The position numbers and the translations under genes are program-made. A stretch of DNA of 32,000 nucleotides from Prochlorococcus sp. MIT 0801 (GTDB taxonomy: Bacteria > Cyanobacteriota > Cyanobacteriia > PCC-6307 > Cyanobiaceae). Every line of letters begins with the position of its first letter. Positions within the stretch are counted from its first letter, which is position 1. The stretch spans positions 930,001 to 962,000 of the forward strand of contig NZ_CP007754.1 in assembly GCF_000757865.1 (NCBI RefSeq), written 5' to 3'. Shown piece by piece: positions 26,277 through 32,000 of this stretch. Under the pieces are notes generated by a model. That model was not told the DNA's origin and searched no databases. It saw nothing but the letters and a program-made list of their open reading frames with translations.

Positions 26277-29200
26277 GTGTCTCTAGAGTCAATAGCAAAT
26301 TATTTAGAAAAGCATCATTTAACAACTGAGTTGATTGAACGAACAAATAGAGAAGAAAGATTAATATTAACAGGTGCCTCTCGGACAGCAAAGGCATTAA
26401 TCACTACTTCGCTTGCTAAAAATGAGTCCAAAAGATTATTAGTAATTGTCCCTACATTAGAAGATGCTACTAGATGGTACCCCCTTGTAAAAGATTGTGG
26501 TTGGACTAAGACATGTTTATATCCAACAAGCGAAGTCTCACCATATGACACTACAGAGGTGACCTCCGAAATCATTTGGGGGCAATTACAAGTACTAAGC
26601 GATATATTGGAATTAAAAGATGATGAGAACATTGCAATAATAGCGACAGAAAGATCATTACAACCACATCTGCCACCAATCGAATATCTTAAATCAAAGT
26701 GTATTAAATTAAATTTAGGTGATGAAATAAACCTTAGTAAATTATCTATAAAATTGAGTGAATGTGGATATATCAAGTCTAATAATATAGATCAAGAAGG
26801 AACATGGACTAGACGTGGAGATATTATTGATATTTACCCTGTTAGTAGTGAACTACCAATTAGATTAGAGTTGTTTGGGGATCATTTAGATAAGATTAAA
26901 GAATTTGACCCAATTTCACAAAGATCATTAGATCAAATCAACAATGTATGTATAACACCAACAGGTTTTGATCCACTAATCATTAATAAGCTTAAATCAA
27001 CTAAAAACAAGGATATATCGAGTTTATTTAATAATGATGATTTCGATGAGTTAGTAAATTCAAATAAATTGGAATCAGCAAAGAGATATTTAGGAGTTGC
27101 ATTTGATAAGCCTTCATCATTATTAAATTACTTAGATGATAAAACATTTATTGTTGTTGATGAGAGGCTTCAAGGGATATCTCATGGTAAAGCTTGGTAT
27201 AATATTGTTAAAGAAAATTATACAGATGAAATTATTAATATAAATGGTAGTGAATCAATTAAGAGTATATTTAAACCTAATCTTCATAATGATATTAATG
27301 ATATATATGATTCTCTTAACAATTATAAAGGTATTGATATAACAGATTTTGAAGACACTACTAAGAAAACTAATGTTTTTAATATTTCAAGCAAAGTTCA
27401 TAATTGGCTTCCTAATCAATATGGAAAAATAAGTTTATCATTAAAAGATTACATTAAGGATAAATATTCTATTTGGATAATATCAGCACAACCTAGTCGT
27501 GCTGTTTCTCTGTTAGAGGAACATGAATGTATCTCAAAGTTTATTCCAAATAATTCTGATCTTAATGCTATTAAAGACATTATAGATGACAAAATACCAG
27601 TTGCTATTAAAAATAGAAATGAGGGTGAAATAGAAGGCTTTTATCTTCCTGCCTGGAAAATCGCTTTATTAACGGATAAAGAATTTTTTGGACAAAACAA
27701 TATTTCTACTACTGGTTATATAAGAAGAAGAAAACAATCTCAAAGTAAAAAGATAGATCCTAATAAGATGAAACCTGGCGATTATGTTGTTCATAGAAAT
27801 CATGGAATTGGTTTATTTCAAAAAATTGAAAAATTAAATATTAATGGTGAGTCTAGAGATTACTTGGTAATAAAATACATGGACGGAAAACTGAGTGTTG
27901 CTGCCGATCAACTTGGCAGTTTAGGTAGGTATAGAAGTTCAAATTCAAAGACACCCACAATTAGTAAATTAGGAGGAGCAACTTGGAATAAAATAAAGGA
28001 AAAAGCTAAGAAGTCCGTTAAGAAAGTTGCTATTGATTTAATTAAGTTGTATGCAGAAAGAAGTAAAGAAAAAGGCTACAAATATCCAAGTGATGGTCCA
28101 TGGCAAAATGAATTAGAAGATTCATTTCCATATGCACTTACTCCTGATCAGGCAAAAGCTACATCTCAAGTCAAATCTGATATGGAAAGTGAAAAGCCTA
28201 TGGATAGACTAGTTTGCGGAGACGTTGGATTTGGGAAGACAGAAGTTGCAATACGAGCAATATTTAAGGCTATTACTTCAGGAAAACAAATAGCTTTATT
28301 AGCACCAACGACAGTATTGTCTCAACAACATTGGAGAACTATTTCTGATCGATTTGCTCCATATCCTATAAAAGTCTCTTTACTCAATAGATTTAAAACA
28401 AGTAGTGAAAAGAAACAAATAGTTAGTGGACTAAAAGAAGGGCATATTGACGCTGTTATTGGTACACATCAGCTTTTAAACAAAAAATTAGTTTATAAGG
28501 ACTTGGGACTTTTAGTTATAGATGAAGAACAACGTTTTGGAGTTAATCAAAAAGAGAAAATAAAGGAGTTAAAAAAAAGTGTAGATGTATTAACCCTTTC
28601 AGCGACTCCAATTCCAAGAACACTATATATGAGTCTTTCTGGGGTGCGTGAAATGAGTTTAATAACAACACCACCTCCCCTAAGAAGACCAATTAAAACT
28701 CACTTAGCACCACTCGATAATGAAATAATAAGAAGTGCAATTTCACAAGAGATTGATAGAGGTGGCCAAATATTTTATATTGTTCCTCGAATAAAAGGAA
28801 TAGAGGATGTAGCAGAAAAATTAAAAATAATGATCCCAAATGTAAAATTATTGATTGCACATGGTCAAATGGAGGAGGGAGCATTAGAAAATGCAATGTT
28901 GGCATTTAATGCAGGAGATGCAGATATTTTGCTATGTACAACTATTGTAGAAAGTGGCTTAGATATTCCTAGAGTAAATACTATTTTAATTGAAGATTCT
29001 CACAAGTTCGGTTTATCTCAACTTTACCAATTGAGAGGCAGAGTAGGCCGAAGTGGTGTTCAAGCACATGCTTGGTTATTTTATCCAAGCGATGAGAAAT
29101 TAAATGAAATTTCAAGACAACGCTTAAAGGCTATAAAAGAATTTAGTGATTTGGGCAGTGGTTATCAGTTAGCTATGAGGGACATGGAAATTAGAGGCGT

Positions 29201-29783
29201 TGGAAATATCTTAGGTATTGAACAAAGTGGACAAATGGAAACAATAGGATTTGATTTGTATATGGAATTATTGCAGGAAACAATTGCTGAAATACAAGGG
29301 CAAGACATTCCTGCTGTTGAAGATACTCAAATAGATCTACCTGTTACAGCTTTTATACCAGGAGATTGGATAACTGATCCAGATGAAAAAATAAATGCTT
29401 ATAGATTAGCCACACAATGCGAAAACAATGAATCGTTAGTTCAATTTGCTAGCAACTTGGTTGATAGATATGGAACATTACCAAAAGCAGTTGAATCCTT
29501 AATAGAAGTAATGAAACTAAAAATAATCGCTAAAAAATGTGGCTTCTCAAGAATTAAGTTATCTAAACCAAATGTTGAGCTTGAGACAATGATGGATGAA
29601 CCAGCTTTCAGGTTATTAAGAAAAGGTTTGGCTAATCATCTTCATGGAAGATTTATTTACAAGAAAGGCGATAGGTATTCAACGGTGACCATTCGAGGTC
29701 TCGGAATCTTGGATAGCGATAAACTTTTGGATCAACTAACAGATTGGCTAAAGCTAATGAATTCAGAAATAAACGATCAATAA
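26277..29783 (+). CDS. mfd: Transcription-repair coupling factor Mfd
   Basis: 1168 aa with a UvrB-homology N-terminus, a CarD/RNAP-interaction domain (GDYVVHRNHGIG), and superfamily 2 helicase motifs (GDVGFGKTEVA, DEEQRFGV, LSATPIPRTL, QLRGRVGRS). The track start is GTG. Confidence 0.93.
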   Translation: MSLESIANYLEKHHLTTELIERTNREERLILTGASRTAKALITTSLAKNESKRLLVIVPTLEDATRWYPLVKDCGWTKTCLYPTSEVSPYDTTEVTSEIIWGQLQVLSDILELKDDENIAIIATERSLQPHLPPIEYLKSKCIKLNLGDEINLSKLSIKLSECGYIKSNNIDQEGTWTRRGDIIDIYPVSSELPIRLELFGDHLDKIKEFDPISQRSLDQINNVCITPTGFDPLIINKLKSTKNKDISSLFNNDDFDELVNSNKLESAKRYLGVAFDKPSSLLNYLDDKTFIVVDERLQGISHGKAWYNIVKENYTDEIININGSESIKSIFKPNLHNDINDIYDSLNNYKGIDITDFEDTTKKTNVFNISSKVHNWLPNQYGKISLSLKDYIKDKYSIWIISAQPSRAVSLLEEHECISKFIPNNSDLNAIKDIIDDKIPVAIKNRNEGEIEGFYLPAWKIALLTDKEFFGQNNISTTGYIRRRKQSQSKKIDPNKMKPGDYVVHRNHGIGLFQKIEKLNINGESRDYLVIKYMDGKLSVAADQLGSLGRYRSSNSKTPTISKLGGATWNKIKEKAKKSVKKVAIDLIKLYAERSKEKGYKYPSDGPWQNELEDSFPYALTPDQAKATSQVKSDMESEKPMDRLVCGDVGFGKTEVAIRAIFKAITSGKQIALLAPTTVLSQQHWRTISDRFAPYPIKVSLLNRFKTSSEKKQIVSGLKEGHIDAVIGTHQLLNKKLVYKDLGLLVIDEEQRFGVNQKEKIKELKKSVDVLTLSATPIPRTLYMSLSGVREMSLITTPPPLRRPIKTHLAPLDNEIIRSAISQEIDRGGQIFYIVPRIKGIEDVAEKLKIMIPNVKLLIAHGQMEEGALENAMLAFNAGDADILLCTTIVESGLDIPRVNTILIEDSHKFGLSQLYQLRGRVGRSGVQAHAWLFYPSDEKLNEISRQRLKAIKEFSDLGSGYQLAMRDMEIRGVGNILGIEQSGQMETIGFDLYMELLQETIAEIQGQDIPAVEDTQIDLPVTAFIPGDWITDPDEKINAYRLATQCENNESLVQFASNLVDRYGTLPKAVESLIEVMKLKIIAKKCGFSRIKLSKPNVELETMMDEPAFRLLRKGLANHLHGRFIYKKGDRYSTVTIRGLGILDSDKLLDQLTDWLKLMNSEINDQ

Positions 29784-29811
29784 ATCAATTTCTAAATTCA
29801 GAAATATAGGC

Positions 29812-30060
29812 ATGTCAATTAATCAATTGGTTGAACAAAATGCATTAAAAGTAAAAAATTGCTATAGTCTCCGAAATTTGAGTATTTTTACCTTGGGTGA
29901 AGTAATAGAAATTAGCTCAAACCAGTATGGACTTAGTCTTTTTAGCGGAATGATAAGTCTTTTAGCTTTAGGGGTGTATACACTTTTGACTGTAGACACC
30001 GGAAACGACGATGATGATTCAGACTCTGGAAGTGGTGGCTTGATGCAACCAGTCAATTAA
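29812..30060 (+). CDS. Small hypothetical membrane protein (82 aa) with an Asp/Ser/Gly-rich tail
   Basis: ORF-track entry with one hydrophobic helix (LSLFSGMISLLALGVYTLLTV). It is preferred over the fully overlapping antisense ORF 29862..30056. Confidence 0.5.
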   Translation: MSINQLVEQNALKVKNCYSLRNLSIFTLGEVIEISSNQYGLSLFSGMISLLALGVYTLLTVDTGNDDDDSDSGSGGLMQPVN

Positions 30061-30068
30061 TTGGAAGA

Positions 30069-30377
30069 TCAATTAGGTATTAGGTTTGAAAGTCTCTCTC
30101 TAAAATCACCCTTAGCAATACCTCCTTTAAGTTCACCAATAATTTCAAATTCTCCATCCGGATCATTAACTAATAGATAAGTCGGCCAGCCCATACCTTC
30201 TTTGGTAGGATATTGCCTTAATAATATTGGTCTATATTTTCTATAAACAACTGTATCTTGTAGTTTAACGCTAATAAATTCTATACCTAATTCAGTCGCA
30301 ACTTTAGAATCAAAGAAGCTCATCCTGTGACAAGTTCCACAATCCTCAGAACTAAATTTAATTAAAGAACAGGACAT
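30069..30377 (-). CDS. Thioredoxin-fold protein with a CxxC motif
   Basis: SSEDCGTCHRM contains C-G-T-C near the N-terminus, and WPTYLL resembles the cis-Pro loop region of thioredoxin-like proteins. 102 aa. Confidence 0.65.
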   Translation of the reverse strand: MSCSLIKFSSEDCGTCHRMSFFDSKVATELGIEFISVKLQDTVVYRKYRPILLRQYPTKEGMGWPTYLLVNDPDGEFEIIGELKGGIAKGDFRERLSNLIPN

Positions 30378-30430
30378 AAAAAAAATATATTATGAACTTA
30401 TACTAAATATAAGTATTAATAAAAACTAGT

Positions 30431-31081
30431 TCAGTAATTAGACTTATTGTTTCTTGCAATGACTGAATAAAATGGATCACTCTCAGATGAGTAAAAGCCA
30501 AAAAGCTTTTTATCTTGAGTTTTTTCATTTAATATTTTTTCAATCCTCCACCCATTTGATGTGAGGACACTAGTTACATATTCAATTCTTTTTTCCTCTG
30601 ACGAATATGTCCAGATGTTTGGAGCTTTGGTCCAGAATGCTCGATTAGTGAAGGAGATTATCAATACTGAATCTGATTTTATAACCCTTGATAGTTCTAA
30701 TGAAACTTTTTCAGGATATTGAAGATATTGCCAGCCAGCAACGATTAATCCAACATCAATAGAAGAATCTTCAATTGGCATATTTTGCTTCTTATTTAAA
30801 TTTTGGACGAAGAACCAATCAAGTCTTTCATTAGAACTTAACTCGGCTTGATTCATTCCATGACCAATAACTTTTTTATATTTAATATTTGTTGGTAAAT
30901 GGGATACCCAACTACTCATTAAATCTAAAATTATATGATGTTTGAGTAGATACTCTGAGTATAAATTTGTAAGTCTATTTCTGAATGAGTCGCTAAGGTG
31001 ATGAACAAATCTTGGCTGTTGATAAAAGATTTCATCATCTGAAATATCACTTTTACTCCTATCGTCAGTCGAAAGTTTCAT
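30431..31081 (-). CDS. Conserved hypothetical protein, probably a SAM-dependent methyltransferase-fold family shared by cyanobacteria and plants
   Basis: FYQQPRFVHHLSDSFRNRLTNLY .. ILDLMSSWVSHLP resembles a family I recall being annotated as methyltransferase-like. The assignment is tentative. Confidence 0.6.
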   Translation of the reverse strand: MKLSTDDRSKSDISDDEIFYQQPRFVHHLSDSFRNRLTNLYSEYLLKHHIILDLMSSWVSHLPTNIKYKKVIGHGMNQAELSSNERLDWFFVQNLNKKQNMPIEDSSIDVGLIVAGWQYLQYPEKVSLELSRVIKSDSVLIISFTNRAFWTKAPNIWTYSSEEKRIEYVTSVLTSNGWRIEKILNEKTQDKKLFGFYSSESDPFYSVIARNNKSNY

Positions 31082-31204
31082 TTAGATCAAAATATTTCGT
31101 TAATAATAGTAGAGTTTTAATGTATTGGTGAGTAAAAAATAAGGAAACAGATAGTATATCTATATAAAGCCAATTTAAAGAATATTATTTAGTTTATATT
31201 AAGG

Positions 31205-31804
31205 TTATTCATTTATAATTTGAGAAGACTTAGGGGGTTCATTTAGATCAAATTTATTATTAGTAGGGATCAAGAGCATAAGGGAACTTGTGGATAAAAA
31301 TAAAACGAATGCATAAAATAAATTAAATCTTTTGTTTGATTTATAAACAAAAGATTTAATATATTTCTTGCTAAAAGGTTTGTCTAAGGGGATATTCCAA
31401 CATAGGTTAAATCTGGAATCAAATCTTAAGAGATCTAAACATTGAGTAAGATCTGACAATTCAGAATCATCTAAAATAATTTCGAGAGGCTTTACATCAT
31501 TCTTTGTACTATTGAGAAGTAATTTATGATTACTGCCAAATGGAGATATGGTCACAATACTTTTTTTAGATATAAATGTTTCTCGAATACCAGAGATATA
31601 CGATCGTGAATATTGAAGAATTACTTGCATCAAATCTTCAAGATGTTCCTTTTCACCCTCTAATGTAGGAGAGTCAATTATTTTCAATGTCCATGACGAT
31701 AAGATACCAATAGTATTCTCTGAGTCTCCATTTGACACATCTGGCATACCATTAAGTTCAAGAGATGAAGAGTTTTGAACAAATTTATAAGATAAATTAA
31801 TCAT
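31205..31804 (-). CDS. Conserved hypothetical protein (possibly DUF4335-like) with a C-terminal membrane anchor
   Basis: ORF-track entry with a C-terminal hydrophobic helix (LFYAFVLFLSTSSLMLLI). The family name is tentative. Confidence 0.55.
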   Translation of the reverse strand: MINLSYKFVQNSSSLELNGMPDVSNGDSENTIGILSSWTLKIIDSPTLEGEKEHLEDLMQVILQYSRSYISGIRETFISKKSIVTISPFGSNHKLLLNSTKNDVKPLEIILDDSELSDLTQCLDLLRFDSRFNLCWNIPLDKPFSKKYIKSFVYKSNKRFNLFYAFVLFLSTSSLMLLIPTNNKFDLNEPPKSSQIINE

Positions 31805-31814
31805 TTATATAAAC

Positions 31815-32000
31815 CTAGGATTGATTATATAAAGAAGCTTTTAGTCTATAAGCACCACCTTTTCCACATGATAAAGAAAGAATGACTAATAACTCTCTAA
31901 AAAATTCATGTTTATCATCATTTAATAAGTAGTTTATATAACTACGATCCACATTCATCCTCTCAGTTATAAGTGACTTAAGACGTGAACTAAATAAAAA
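31815..32000 (-). CDS. 3' end of a hypothetical protein gene whose start lies beyond the window
   Basis: The minus-strand frame is open from the window edge: FLFSSRLKSLITERMNVDRSYINYLLNDDKHEFFRELLVILSLSCGKGGAYRLKASLYNQS, ending at TAG (plus-strand CTA 31815-31817). It is co-directional with, and 10 nt upstream of, the next gene. Confidence 0.4.
   Translation of the reverse strand, partial: FLFSSRLKSLITERMNVDRSYINYLLNDDKHEFFRELLVILSLSCGKGGAYRLKASLYNQS

Noticed and set aside
26315-26776. 153-aa minus-strand ORF inside mfd (28693-28905 falls in the same category)
   Set aside because: It is antisense to the well-supported mfd frame, so it is a shadow ORF.
29862-30056. 64-aa minus-strand ORF overlapping the 82-aa plus-strand ORF after mfd
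   Set aside because: Only one of the two can reasonably be real. The plus-strand frame has a clear transmembrane helix and follows mfd co-directionally. The choice remains uncertain.
1-32000. Window-wide look for CRISPR arrays, rRNA, IS elements or transposases, integrases and recognisable large defence genes
   Set aside because: I saw no regularly spaced direct repeats, no long inverted terminal repeats, and no ORF with recombinase, transposase or nuclease-helicase defence signatures. The island contains only very small ORFs.

Overview
This is a strongly AT-rich cyanobacterial chromosome segment. The gene content (psb30/ycf12, CbbY-like phosphatase, 2-Cys peroxiredoxin, CCB-like and Ycf20-like membrane proteins, a split UPF0016 pair) and the composition suggest a marine picocyanobacterium of the high-light Prochlorococcus type. 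That assignment is inference, since no database search was possible. The window has two regimes. (1) Densely packed core genes occupy 1-3048 and about 9800-32000: metG 3' end, cobU, trmL, prx, an FtsH-like AAA protein, rpmF, recJ, psb30, an RNase R-like protein, ubiX, tldD-pmbA-fmt, terC, mfd and others. (2) A roughly 6.2 kb island-like stretch (about 3049-9260) lies between trmL and a tRNA(CAU). It has no ORF longer than 87 aa, only very small ORFs, apparent gene remnants and long non-coding spacers. Inside the island I found paralogous small-gene families that fall below the ORF-track cutoff. One is a divergent pair of about 60-aa proteins. The other is a duplicated two-gene micro-cassette: a roughly 51-aa helical protein followed by an 18-19-aa peptide beginning MLLPKPVRPV. 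The peptide's ten N-terminal codons differ between copies only at synonymous positions, and one copy of the larger gene carries a nonsense mutation. In the core region, two proteins look like pseudo-enzymes: an FtsH homologue with no HEXXH zinc site, and an RNase R/II homologue lacking the catalytic Asp cluster. The track also misses two short but real core genes, rpmF and psb30. I saw no CRISPR array, integrase, transposase or rRNA.
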